Positions 29,494 to 39,119 of a stretch of DNA of 64,000 nt are shown in pieces. Both the position numbers and the translations under genes were made by a program. Source of the stretch: Polyangiaceae bacterium. Lineage in GTDB: Bacteria > Myxococcota_A > Polyangia > Polyangiales > Polyangiaceae. The stretch lies in NCBI GenBank assembly GCA_033763455.1, contig JANRKO010000038.1:21204-85203 (forward strand). The letters run 5' to 3'. The notes below the pieces were generated by a model, which worked only from the letters and a program-made list of their open reading frames with translations, searched no databases and was not told where the DNA came from. The first letter of the stretch is position 1, and each line of letters opens with the position of its first letter.

Positions 29494-30570
29494 GTGAGCG
29501 TTGCCATTCGTCTCGAAAATGTGAGCGTTCGTTTCGGCGAAACGACGGCACTCGGCGGCGTGACGCTCGACGTTCTGCCCGGAGAGCTCATGCTGCTCGT
29601 GGGGCCGAGTGGTTGCGGCAAGAGCACCCTGCTGCGCAGCGTTGCGGGATTCGTGGCGCCCGGAACCGGGCGCGTGCTGTTTGACGGGCAAGACGTGACT
29701 CAGGTGCCACCACACCGGCGCCAGGTGGGGATGGTCTTCCAGAGCTTCGCTTTATTCCCGCACATGAACGTGACGGAAAATGTCGCCTTTGGCCTTAAGG
29801 AACAGCGACGTCCAAAGCCAGAGATAGCGGCACGCGTGGAGGAAGCCCTCGCCGATGTTCGCTTGGGGGAACTAGCAGCGCGCCGTGTGGATCAACTCTC
29901 AGGCGGAGAGCAGCAACGGGTGGCGTTAGCCCGTGCCCTCGTCACGCGCCCGCGCTGCCTGTTGCTCGACGAGCCTCTTTCAAACCTGGATGCCGGGCTC
30001 CGCCACTCAATGCGGGATGAAATCCGTCGAATCTGTAAGGTGCATGGCCTCACGACTTTGTACGTAACCCACGATCAAAAAGAAGCCTTCGCCATCGCGG
30101 ACCGCATCGCTATCCTGCGGGGCGGGCGGCTAGAGCAATTAGGCACGCCCTGGGAAGTGTATCGCACGCCAGCTTCGCGCAGCGTGGCCACTTTCCTGGG
30201 CGAAACGAACCTCATCCAAGCCAACGTGAGCTCCTGCACCGCCGACACCTTACACGTGAAAGCTGGCGAGCTTGAGTTCTCCGCCAACCCACGCCGTAAC
30301 TTTGAAATCGGCACACCCGTGCTTCTTTCCATTCGGCCAGAGTGCATTCAGCTCGCGGATGGGCCGGGGCAAGCTCCCGCCTTTCAGGTTACAGTAACAC
30401 ACTCCAACTATCTCGGAGAACTCTCCGAACATGAGCTCGTGCACGGCAATCTGAAGCTTCGGTCGTATGAGCTCAATCCTCGGCTCCCGGCTCGCAGTGC
30501 CGGCAGTGTGCTTTGGGCCCGGGTCGCTCCAGCGGATGTGGTCGTCTTGGAACCGGATATTAGCCCATGA
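29494..30570 (+). CDS. ABC transporter ATP-binding protein (FbpC/PotA-like, TOBE domain)
   Basis: Motifs GPSGCGKST, LSGGEQQRVALARAL, LLDEPLSNLD and YVTHDQ. Confidence 0.92.
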   Translation: MSVAIRLENVSVRFGETTALGGVTLDVLPGELMLLVGPSGCGKSTLLRSVAGFVAPGTGRVLFDGQDVTQVPPHRRQVGMVFQSFALFPHMNVTENVAFGLKEQRRPKPEIAARVEEALADVRLGELAARRVDQLSGGEQQRVALARALVTRPRCLLLDEPLSNLDAGLRHSMRDEIRRICKVHGLTTLYVTHDQKEAFAIADRIAILRGGRLEQLGTPWEVYRTPASRSVATFLGETNLIQANVSSCTADTLHVKAGELEFSANPRRNFEIGTPVLLSIRPECIQLADGPGQAPAFQVTVTHSNYLGELSEHELVHGNLKLRSYELNPRLPARSAGSVLWARVAPADVVVLEPDISP

Positions 30571-32159
30571 AAGCCGCGCTACCGGGCCTGTTTCTGCTCG
30601 TAGTGCTGTTAGTTCTGCCATTCGCGCTACGTCCGGCCGCGGTTGCAGACGCTCCGGATGCCGAAACGGTGGTTGTAATTACCCCGCACAACGAGGCAAT
30701 TCGCTATGAATTCGAGCGTGGCTTTCAGCGCCACATGTGGAAAAAGCACCATCGCCGAGTTCGCATCGACTGGCGCACTCCGGGAGGGGGCTCGGAAATC
30801 ACACGTTATCTTGCCTCTGAATACCGAGCGGGATTTGAACTTTATTGGACGCGCGATTTGAAGCGAAAGCTCAGCGAGAAAGTCTCCACAGCTTTCTCCA
30901 ATCCAAAACAAACACCCGTGGGCACGGACGAAGCCGCCACCGCACGCCGGGAGTTTCTAAGTTCAAATGTTGGCGCCAAGGTAGACGTCTTATTCGGAGG
31001 CGGAAGCTACGATTTTTCACAACACGCCGCAGCGGGACGACTCGTGGATTCAGGGATCCTTCAAAGGCACCCGGAGATTTTCGGCGCCTCTGGCATTCCA
31101 CAAACGCTCGGAGGCGAACCCTATTGGGACAAGGAAGGGCGCTGGGTGGGCGCTTGTGTGTCGGGCTTTGGCATCTGCTACAGCCCGAACACCCTACGTA
31201 CCTTAGGTGTCACCCAGCCGCCGAGAAGCTGGGCTGATCTGGCCGATCCGCGCCTTTTGGGGCACGTGGCGTTGGCAGATCCAAGCAAAAGCAGTTCCGC
31301 CAACAAGGCTTTCGAGATGTTGGTACAGCAAGCGATGGCGGATCGAGTGACAAAAAATGGCACGCCTGGCAGAGGCAGCACGCTTGAGGCTCAAAGCCTG
31401 GCGGAGGGGTTTGAAGAGGGGCTGCGCCTCATCCGCCGCATCGGTGGAAACTCCCGCTACTTCACCGATGTGGGGTCAAAAGTTGTTCAGGACATCACTT
31501 TGGGCAGCGCGGCTGCCGGTATGTGCGTCGACTTCTATGGTCGGTTCCAGAGCGACCCCTCCGCCCCGGTGCGCATCGGCTTTGTCCTGCCCGAAGGCGG
31601 CAGCTCACTCGGTAGTGATCCCATCGGTCTGTTGCGCGGTGCGCCTTCACCCGAGCTCGGGCAAGCCTTGATTGACTTCGTAATGAGTGTCGAAGGCCAA
31701 GCGATCTGGGCTTACCGGCGCGGCGTTCCACTCGGCCCTGAGCGTTACGCTCTTCGCCGCCTACCTATCCTCCCCGCGCTGTACGCGCCCGAGCATCGCG
31801 CGCAGCGTTCGGATCCAAACGATAACCCTTACACAAGCGCCAGCTCATTCACCTACCACCCAGCCTGGACAGGCGCCTATTTTCGAGCGCTTGCCTTCGT
31901 AGTGCGGGTTATGTGCGTCGATACCGAAGACGAGCTGCACACCGCATGGGAAGCGCTCGTACAAGCGGGCTTCCCTCCCAAGGCCACTGCCCTGTTCGAC
32001 GACATGTCAGCAGTTTCGTATCGGGTAGTCACGCAAGAAATTGCACCCGCTCTCGGGAGCGGTGCAGCGCTCGACGAAGCCAACTTGCAGGGCCGGCTCG
32101 TTGCACAACTTAAGGCGCAATACGAACGGGTTGCGCTGTTGGCCAGGAGCGGCCAATGA
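30567..32159 (+). CDS. ABC transporter substrate-binding protein (Fe3+/thiamine type)
   Basis: N-terminal membrane anchor; motifs DVLFGGG, SWADLADP, LADPSKSSS and DPIGLLRGAP. Confidence 0.85.
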   Translation: MKAALPGLFLLVVLLVLPFALRPAAVADAPDAETVVVITPHNEAIRYEFERGFQRHMWKKHHRRVRIDWRTPGGGSEITRYLASEYRAGFELYWTRDLKRKLSEKVSTAFSNPKQTPVGTDEAATARREFLSSNVGAKVDVLFGGGSYDFSQHAAAGRLVDSGILQRHPEIFGASGIPQTLGGEPYWDKEGRWVGACVSGFGICYSPNTLRTLGVTQPPRSWADLADPRLLGHVALADPSKSSSANKAFEMLVQQAMADRVTKNGTPGRGSTLEAQSLAEGFEEGLRLIRRIGGNSRYFTDVGSKVVQDITLGSAAAGMCVDFYGRFQSDPSAPVRIGFVLPEGGSSLGSDPIGLLRGAPSPELGQALIDFVMSVEGQAIWAYRRGVPLGPERYALRRLPILPALYAPEHRAQRSDPNDNPYTSASSFTYHPAWTGAYFRALAFVVRVMCVDTEDELHTAWEALVQAGFPPKATALFDDMSAVSYRVVTQEIAPALGSGAALDEANLQGRLVAQLKAQYERVALLARSGQ

Positions 32160-33856
32160 AGGCTCGCAACGCCACGGCATTTTTGGTGTTTGGTGTAAGC
32201 GCCGCCATATTTCTCTTGTTCTTTCTATGGCCGCTTTGGGAGAGCGTGCGCGGGGCATTTGTAGACCGGCACGGCAGCTTCACCTTGGCCTACATCCAGG
32301 CTGTTTTTCAGAACCCTGTTTATCTCTCTGGCTTCAAAAACTCGCTCTTGGTGGCTCTCGGGGCCACGTTCTTGGCGGCCATTTTGGGCATACCTCTCGC
32401 CCTTTTGTTCCAGCGTTATGAGTTCCCTGGGCGCGCCTTGCTATCTACTTTGATTCCGTTGCCACTTTTCGTACCGCCTTTTGTTGGTGCGCTCGGAGTG
32501 CAACACTTACTCGGACCAAACGGCGCACTGAACGCTTTGTTGCAGGCCCTCCACCTGGCAGATCCGGCTCACCCGATGGATTGGCTACGCGACGGTCGTT
32601 ACTTTGCCGTGATCGGGCTTACCGCGCTGCACCTCTACCCAGTCCTCTATTTTAACTTAAGCGCAGCACTCGCGAGCCAAAACCCAGATTTGGAACGCGC
32701 CGCCGAAACCTTTGGTGCCCGCGGCCTACGAAAGCTCTGGCGAGTCACGTTGCCACTCACCGCACCGAGCCTGTTCGCTTCGCTCACCACCATATTCATC
32801 TGGTCGTTGACGGAATTGGGCGTCCCTTTGATGTGCGACTACGGTCGCGTCACTTCCGTTCAAATCTTCGCAGGCCTCAAGGATATCGGCCAAAATCCCC
32901 TGGTTTACGGGCTCGTTACCGTCGCGCTCGTGGCCACGCTTGGCCTGTATGCTTTGAGCCGGCTGTTGTTCCCGAGGGTCAATACAAGCGCGGGAGTTAA
33001 GGGCTATGCGCGGTTCGAACGCGTCAGGCCTCGCTTATCCGTCCGCCTTCTGTGCACGAGCGGCGCCCTGCTCATCTTGTTCATTGCGGCTTTGCCAAAC
33101 TTCGCCGTGGTGCTGCTCGCCTCCTCGCGCGATTGGTATGGCACAGTGCTCCCAACGGGCTTTACCTTGGACCATTTCCAGTCGGCGCTAGGGCACTCCA
33201 TGGTGGTGCCGTCGATTGCGCAGAGCCTGCGCTATGTGTCTTTGTCAACGGCGTTTGACTTAGTTCTAGGGTTCAGCATCGCCTGGGTCGTGGTGCGCAC
33301 CCGAGCCCCAGGAAGGAAGCTGCTGGATGCGCTTGCCATGCTTCCTCTCGCGGTACCCGGGCTGGTGTTAGCGTTTGGCTACTTAGCGATCTCACGCGAA
33401 GGCCGCCCCCTATACGTGTTCAATCCAATCCGAGACCCAACCATCCTCTTAGTAATCGCGTATGCCATGCGGCGTTTGCCGTTCGTACTTCGCTCAGCTG
33501 TGGCGGGGCTCACAGAGCTTGATCCAAGTGTTGAAGATGCAGCGCGGAGCTTGGGCGCAAGGCCCGCGCGTGTACTCACACGTGTCACCCTGCCGCTCGT
33601 ATTGCCTCACCTTTTGGCGGGCGGAGTGCTCGCCTTCGCGTTATCGCTGCTGGAGGTTTCAGATTCGCTCATTTTGGCCCAAAAGCAGGCCTTTTATCCC
33701 GTTACCAAAGCGATCTACGAGCTCTCCCAGCTGCTCGGCGAAGGGCGCCTCTTAGCCTCCGCGCTCGGCGTGTGGGCCATGCTTCTCTTAGCCACCGCCG
33801 TTTGGCTCGCGCAACGCCTGGCCCGTGGCCGCTCGGGCGGCATGTCTGATTTGTAG
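32156..33856 (+). CDS. Iron(III)-type ABC transporter permease with duplicated TM domain
   Basis: Two EAA loops (LERAAETFGA, VEDAARSLGA). Confidence 0.9.
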   Translation: MKARNATAFLVFGVSAAIFLLFFLWPLWESVRGAFVDRHGSFTLAYIQAVFQNPVYLSGFKNSLLVALGATFLAAILGIPLALLFQRYEFPGRALLSTLIPLPLFVPPFVGALGVQHLLGPNGALNALLQALHLADPAHPMDWLRDGRYFAVIGLTALHLYPVLYFNLSAALASQNPDLERAAETFGARGLRKLWRVTLPLTAPSLFASLTTIFIWSLTELGVPLMCDYGRVTSVQIFAGLKDIGQNPLVYGLVTVALVATLGLYALSRLLFPRVNTSAGVKGYARFERVRPRLSVRLLCTSGALLILFIAALPNFAVVLLASSRDWYGTVLPTGFTLDHFQSALGHSMVVPSIAQSLRYVSLSTAFDLVLGFSIAWVVVRTRAPGRKLLDALAMLPLAVPGLVLAFGYLAISREGRPLYVFNPIRDPTILLVIAYAMRRLPFVLRSAVAGLTELDPSVEDAARSLGARPARVLTRVTLPLVLPHLLAGGVLAFALSLLEVSDSLILAQKQAFYPVTKAIYELSQLLGEGRLLASALGVWAMLLLATAVWLAQRLARGRSGGMSDL

Positions 33857-33926
33857 GCCAGGCCGGGTTACCAAGGTCAGCGGTAAACCTTTGGCGAAAC
33901 GAATGTCTTACGACCTTCCCGATCTG

Positions 33927-35558
33927 CTACTCAGTTGAAAGCAGCGGCCGATCGAAGGGCGCCGTCTCCGCAGCTACGCGCGGATCCGTCAGCCCGTTGC
34001 GCATGAAGTCGATGATGTCCGCGATTTCGTCTGGCGTGAGCTGCAACGGGAGAATGGTCGGTGAGATCGGCACACCTGCGATATCGGGGTCGTTCACCAG
34101 CCCTCCCATATTGTAGAGCTCCATCAGTTTTTCCAGTGAAATACCTGGGCCAGCTCCTGAATGCGTGAGCCCCGAAGCCTCACGTAACCCCACGTTGCGC
34201 AGGGTGGGTGTACGTATCGCGCCCGGCGTCGAAGCAATGGTATCGAACGGGTAACGGCCCTGGTCCCAGGCGGGCTTGTGGAAGCCAATAAAGTGAAAAG
34301 CTCCGTCTGCAAAGGTGGGTGGTTGGTGGCAAAGCGAACAGCGAGCCTTGGTATGGAAGAGCTCAAAGCCGCGTACTTGTGCCGGAGTGAGCGCAGCATC
34401 ATCTCCCGCGTTCCAGCGGTCCCAGGCCGTTTGGTTCGAAAGCAAGCGCCGTTCGTGGGTGGCGATCGCAAAGGCAATTCGGCGAGTGTTGATTTCGTCA
34501 GTTGGGCCGGACGTTTGCTGAGAGCCGAAGGCGGCAGCGAACAATTTCGGATAAGACTTATCGTTTGCCAGGATGAATTGCAGTAAATCTGCGGGGATTT
34601 GTCGCGCAAGCTTGAGGGGTTCGGCGCCGGCCAAACGCGCGTGCAATGCAGGCCACGCGGCGCCTTCACACGCCATTTCGACGGGCGACATTGGTGGCCC
34701 AACAGCCTGGTTTTCGAGCGCCCCGCCGTAAGTGATGGGAAACGTACCGGGGTTGTCCGGATCTTCGAATGCGGTAAAAGATGGGCAGCCCTGGGAGCGG
34801 CATTCGGCTCGCCCGTCCCAAAACAACTGCGGGGAAAACATTGCATCCAGATAGGTGGGAGCCTTGCGGCCGGTAACCTGCACCGCAAGCCCCGTCTTTA
34901 CACCCTGGGCGTCGCAACGCACCACGCCAAGGGAACCTCGTACGTCGTCGGCCGTGTCGAGCAAGGTATCTGGGCCCGGAAGGTGTGCTGCTACTTGAGC
35001 TGAGCGCGGATCGGTGCCACCAGCATTTGGTCGATGGCAGGTTCCGCAAGCAACCGTGCTGTCGCCACCTAACTGTTCATCCCAGAACAGGATCTTGCCG
35101 AGCAGGGCTTTCGTTTCAGAGTTGGGATTTTCGACCGGGTACGGGCTTGGTCCGTAGGAAATGAAGCGAGGGACAAACCCGGCTGCTCCTGCACTGGCTC
35201 CACCCCCACCCGCCGTACCACCAGAGTTCGTACCCGCGGCACCGCCCGTAACTGCTACCGCGCCGCCAGTGGTGGCATTGCCCGCACCTCCGCTGGTTTC
35301 AGAAAAGCCAGCCGCACCCGCCATCGCAAGCTGGCCCGCTTTGCCGCCCTGAGCTGACGGCATAGCCCCCGTCCCAACCGCGCCTGCGACGCCCAGTGTG
35401 CCCCCAACTGCACTCGCTCCCCCCGTGTGCGCTCCGCCCGTGCCAGCCGTGGAGTTAGTATCGTTCAGCGGGCCAACAGGCTTCTCCTCGCAGGCACCCA
35501 CAGTGAAGCCCGCAAGTAGAAGCCTGAATAGCCACTTTCGGGAGAATGCTTCGATCAT
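33927..35558 (-). CDS. Di-heme cytochrome c peroxidase/MauG superfamily lipoprotein
   Basis: Lipobox VGAC; Gly-rich linker; motifs LGKILFWD, CGTCH, FWDGRA, CSLCH, PTLRNV and LYNMGG. Confidence 0.9.
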   Translation of the reverse strand: MIEAFSRKWLFRLLLAGFTVGACEEKPVGPLNDTNSTAGTGGAHTGGASAVGGTLGVAGAVGTGAMPSAQGGKAGQLAMAGAAGFSETSGGAGNATTGGAVAVTGGAAGTNSGGTAGGGGASAGAAGFVPRFISYGPSPYPVENPNSETKALLGKILFWDEQLGGDSTVACGTCHRPNAGGTDPRSAQVAAHLPGPDTLLDTADDVRGSLGVVRCDAQGVKTGLAVQVTGRKAPTYLDAMFSPQLFWDGRAECRSQGCPSFTAFEDPDNPGTFPITYGGALENQAVGPPMSPVEMACEGAAWPALHARLAGAEPLKLARQIPADLLQFILANDKSYPKLFAAAFGSQQTSGPTDEINTRRIAFAIATHERRLLSNQTAWDRWNAGDDAALTPAQVRGFELFHTKARCSLCHQPPTFADGAFHFIGFHKPAWDQGRYPFDTIASTPGAIRTPTLRNVGLREASGLTHSGAGPGISLEKLMELYNMGGLVNDPDIAGVPISPTILPLQLTPDEIADIIDFMRNGLTDPRVAAETAPFDRPLLSTE

Positions 35559-36394
35559 TGAAGATTGATAAGGCCGCAGGCGATTTTGGCACCAGCTTGT
35601 GGATCACCGGCTGCGTGAACCATGAAGGAGAATTGAGTGACATCTGTGTCGGTATCACCCCCACCCACCGTCCACGTGGTTGTTGCCTTCGAAACTTCGT
35701 GCGTTCCGACGCCGTCCGCACAAGTATAATTGCCCAGATTTTCGCCGTTAGGCTGCCAATGGCCCCCAGCATTAGCCGCAGCGGTTCCCCCGCAATCCTT
35801 GACCAAGTGCAAATGCGAAGCGTGCGGGCCTGCAGGACAATTCGTTAGCGCGATCACCAGCGTTACGGTGTTTCCAACCTGTGTAAAAGTGGCTGTGCCG
35901 GCAATTTGACTACCATCAACGGCCGTGATCGTAGCGATGGCTACAGGATTGGCAGAGCCGCCACCTCCAGTGCCGCCCGCGTTGGGCGTGCCACCACTTG
36001 CTGCTCCACCACTTGCTGCCCCACCACTTGCACTTGCTGCTCCACCACTTGCACTCGCTGCTCCACCACTCGCACTCGCTGCTCCACCACTTGCACTCGC
36101 TGCTCCACCACTTGCACTCGCTGCTCCACCACTCGCACTCGCTGCTCCACCACTCGCACTCGCTGCTCCACCACTCGCACTCGCTGCTCCACCACTCGCA
36201 CTCGCTGCTCCACCACTCGCACTCGCTTTGCCCCCACTGGCTTGAGCCGCTCCGCCGGTACCAACCGAAGGTTTTCCGCCGGTGCCGCCACCCGTGCCGC
36301 CGGTGCCAGCGTCATCGCTGCAGGAAACCGATGCGACAGCAGCGCTGCCGATGGCAAGCGCGATAAGAAGACCTTGGATGCGAAGTGAAGTCAT
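35555..36394 (-). CDS. Cu/Zn-SOD-fold lipoprotein lacking the Zn ligands, on a long (ASASGGA)n linker
   Basis: Lipobox SVSC; motifs GPHASHLH..DC, AGGHW, MVH and KIACGLI; ATGA overlap with the di-heme gene. Confidence 0.85.
   Translation of the reverse strand: MTSLRIQGLLIALAIGSAAVASVSCSDDAGTGGTGGGTGGKPSVGTGGAAQASGGKASASGGAASASGGAASASGGAASASGGAASASGGAASASGGAASASGGAASASGGAASASGGAASASGGAASGGAASGGTPNAGGTGGGGSANPVAIATITAVDGSQIAGTATFTQVGNTVTLVIALTNCPAGPHASHLHLVKDCGGTAAANAGGHWQPNGENLGNYTCADGVGTHEVSKATTTWTVGGGDTDTDVTQFSFMVHAAGDPQAGAKIACGLINLQ
35991..36227. repeat. Intragenic 21-bp tandem repeat (about 10 units) plus two 15-bp units
   Basis: CCACCACTYGCACTYGCTGCT repeated from 36021; encodes ASASGGA on the minus strand. 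Confidence 0.92.
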
Positions 36395-36717
36395 AAAATT
36401 CGTATTCCTTGGGTGGGAAGAAACCGGCACACGGGGAGCGGCAGGCGGCGTAGTTATATCCAAGTTGCAGGACTCGGAAACTCCCAATTGCAAGTTTTCC
36501 AAGCTCTATTTCAGGCCTTTCTACCGCAAGCCGCAAAACTCTAAGTGTTGCTGGAAGCCGCAACCCGCGGCGCTTACGCGACAATGCCATGGGGCGCGTC
36601 CCCATAGTGTGGTCTTGTCGCCCACAGGTACACCACACACACCAGCGACAAACGCGCACGTTCAACGGCACCCCAAACGTGGCCTGGTGGGTCCTTGCGA
36701 GTCAGACTAAGTGTCCC

Positions 36718-37746
36718 TTGGCGCGTCCTCCGACAAACCGCAGCTCTGGCCGGATTCGATGCTTCAGCCCCGCGCTTGCTCTGGGTTTGCTGGCTGCGGC
36801 ATGTGGCCCGTTGAACAGCGAGGAGCCGGTCATTTTTTCAGTCATGCCGGCCCAGATTGCTGCCGGCACCACGCCAGAGATCCAAGTACTTGGCAACAAT
36901 TTCTTCGCCTCGGCAGGCGTGGACCTCAATTCACGTAAGGATGTTTCAGTGAACACATCGTTTCAGATCCACGTCGGAGATCTCGCGGCGCAAGAGGTTC
37001 ATTTTTGGGGGGTTCACAAGCTCACGTTTATGGCGCCCGTGGGTCTGGTCCCGGGGTTGCATTCACTCACCGTGGAGACGCCCCACGGTAAACGCGCCAT
37101 CTTGGAGCGAGCCATAACGGTGTTAAGGCCGGAACTCCCTGGCAGCGGTGGGACTGGCGGCAAACCGAACTTAACCTTTAGCGGCAGCGGAGGAGTGACA
37201 AACACGGCTGGCGGCAGCCGTGGCACCATGAACACCGGCAGTAGCAGCAGCACGAGCGGTGGCGCTACCAACACCACAGGCGGCTCCCGCGGAACCGGCA
37301 CCTTACCGGGTTGCATTCAGCAGACGTACGGACCATCCACTTTCTTGTTCTGCCCGGACCAATTCGTGAACTGGGACGAGGCGCGCGCGTTGTGCCAAAG
37401 CCTCAATATGGACCTCCCTCGCATTAATTCCGCGGCCGAGAACAACTTCGTGCTGATGGGCATGCAAGCGGCTCAAGTCGACTACATCTGGCTGGGCGCC
37501 AATGATCGAACGGCGGAGGGCTCTTGGTGTTGGCTCAACGGAGATCCGCTGTGGACAGGCGAGGTAGCGGGTATGCCCGTTGGCAACGCGTACACCAATT
37601 GGGACGCGGGACAACCCGACAACAACAGCCCACTTGCCAAAGGCGAAGACTGCGCGCTACTGCAGGAAGACATCACGGTCGCTTTCTGGGCGGACCATGA
37701 ATGCAGTCGTCGATTCACAGGACTGGGGTGCCAAGCAATCCCCTGA
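36718..37746 (+). CDS. Lipoprotein with an IPT/TIG-like domain, Gly/Ser/Thr linker and C-type lectin domain (start uncertain)
   Basis: Lipobox AAAC; motifs WDEARALC, IWLGAND..EG.W.W, YTNWDAGQPDN, EDC and WADHEC. Confidence 0.82.
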   Translation: MARPPTNRSSGRIRCFSPALALGLLAAACGPLNSEEPVIFSVMPAQIAAGTTPEIQVLGNNFFASAGVDLNSRKDVSVNTSFQIHVGDLAAQEVHFWGVHKLTFMAPVGLVPGLHSLTVETPHGKRAILERAITVLRPELPGSGGTGGKPNLTFSGSGGVTNTAGGSRGTMNTGSSSSTSGGATNTTGGSRGTGTLPGCIQQTYGPSTFLFCPDQFVNWDEARALCQSLNMDLPRINSAAENNFVLMGMQAAQVDYIWLGANDRTAEGSWCWLNGDPLWTGEVAGMPVGNAYTNWDAGQPDNNSPLAKGEDCALLQEDITVAFWADHECSRRFTGLGCQAIP

Positions 37747-37791
37747 AGCGAGAGCTTGCAATGCACCTGCCGCTTCACGCCAACTACAAGC

Positions 37792-38988
37792 CTAGTTGGC
37801 TGGGCACCCGCGCACTTTGCTCACCGAAAAATTCGCAAAGAGCACAGTATCCTCTTCGGGGCGCAGCGCGGCGCTATCAGCAAGGCTGCGATAAATACCC
37901 CATTTGGGGCGAACGAAATCACCCGCACGCCAAAGATCGAGATTCGTTCTATCAACGTCGATGAGCACGGTACCGTCAAGCGTCTTTATCGTGAGCTTCA
38001 GGCTCCCAGTATCGGTGAACGTCGCCAAGACCGAAGCCTCCAGCCACTGCCCGCGCGCGGCGGTCCAAGAAGTGGATCCGAGAACTTGGTCAACCGCGGA
38101 ATCTGCCTGGCGAATCTCCATGATATCAGTTCCGTTGCCCTTTTTAGCCCCGGTAATGGTGACAAGCGGGTGACTATCATCGCCCCCCACCGCCTTGAGC
38201 TGAAAGAAATGCGAAAAGTTCTTGGAAACAGGCATTGCGGCGTCGATCTTGAACTTCCAAGTAATCAGAAATGTCTCGGCGAGCCGAGCCTTGAGCGACT
38301 CCGCAGAGCCATCATAGGTTTTGATCTCGTTGCGCTGGCGATCTGTCGCCCCCGTGTCGCGATCCCAATCATCATCCCGGTGGATCTTGAATACGAAATG
38401 GTTGCCAACGGTGCCATCGCTGGCCTCTAGAATATGGGGAACGGCTGGGTGGTTAATCGCGTATAGATCCGGCGCTTCGATCGCCGCCGGCCCAAACGCA
38501 TCGTAGATGCGCATGTAAGTGTCGACTCCTCCGGGACCATCGGCGTCGAGCAACACCGTGGAGAGCACCTCCAGGCCGCCAGCACACGCGCCACCTCCAG
38601 TGCCACCACCTCCCGATCCACTCGTGCCGCCCGATGCGCTAACACTTCCTCCAACGCCAACGTTGCCGCCTGCCGAGCCAACAACTCCCCCGGTCCCGCC
38701 CAGAGCGGCAGCGTTTCCGCCCGTCGAACCAGTAACCGTACCGCCACCGGTACTGCCGCCACCGGTACTGACTCCAACGCCACCTGTGCCCACCACGCCA
38801 GCGCGCCCGCCAGTCCCACCCATTCCCGCTCCGCCGCTCGCCGAAGAGGCGCCTCCGCTCACCCCTCCGCCGGGCACCAGCAGTTCTCCCCCAGAACGCG
38901 TTTCGTTGCCGCAAGCGAAGCCACTCAGAATCGCCAAAGGGAGCGCTATCATCCAACTAGAACGCGCGAAGGCGGTCGTCTTCATCAT
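37792..38988 (-). CDS. Polysaccharide lyase (heparin lyase I-like jelly roll) lipoprotein
   Basis: Lipobox GFAC; Gly-rich linker; motifs DRQRNEIK, HFFQLK and RPKWGIYRSL. Confidence 0.8.
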   Translation of the reverse strand: MMKTTAFARSSWMIALPLAILSGFACGNETRSGGELLVPGGGVSGGASSASGGAGMGGTGGRAGVVGTGGVGVSTGGGSTGGGTVTGSTGGNAAALGGTGGVVGSAGGNVGVGGSVSASGGTSGSGGGGTGGGACAGGLEVLSTVLLDADGPGGVDTYMRIYDAFGPAAIEAPDLYAINHPAVPHILEASDGTVGNHFVFKIHRDDDWDRDTGATDRQRNEIKTYDGSAESLKARLAETFLITWKFKIDAAMPVSKNFSHFFQLKAVGGDDSHPLVTITGAKKGNGTDIMEIRQADSAVDQVLGSTSWTAARGQWLEASVLATFTDTGSLKLTIKTLDGTVLIDVDRTNLDLWRAGDFVRPKWGIYRSLADSAALRPEEDTVLFANFSVSKVRGCPAN

Positions 38989-39119
38989 CAGGTATCTACC
39001 ATACTCTAGACTGCGCCGGCCGTCAGTCGATTCGAAGCCTTCCCCCGCCCCGTGCCCAGCCGAGGTAGACGCGTCGAACGGGGTCGAGGTATGCGGCAAC
39101 CGATATGCAACGTTGGCCA

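Noticed and set aside
35906..36388. Repetitive ORFs (TTRTRCS)n, (LHHSHSL)n and (VRVVEQR)n, which look like RiPP precursors or His-rich peptides
   Set aside because: These are alternative-frame readings of the 21-bp repeat in the SOD-like gene, whose frame has a signal peptide, a lipobox and a folded domain.
36578..36650. Three GCGACA half-sites upstream of the SOD-like gene as RegA boxes
   Set aside because: None has a correctly spaced second half-site; expected by chance in GC-rich DNA.
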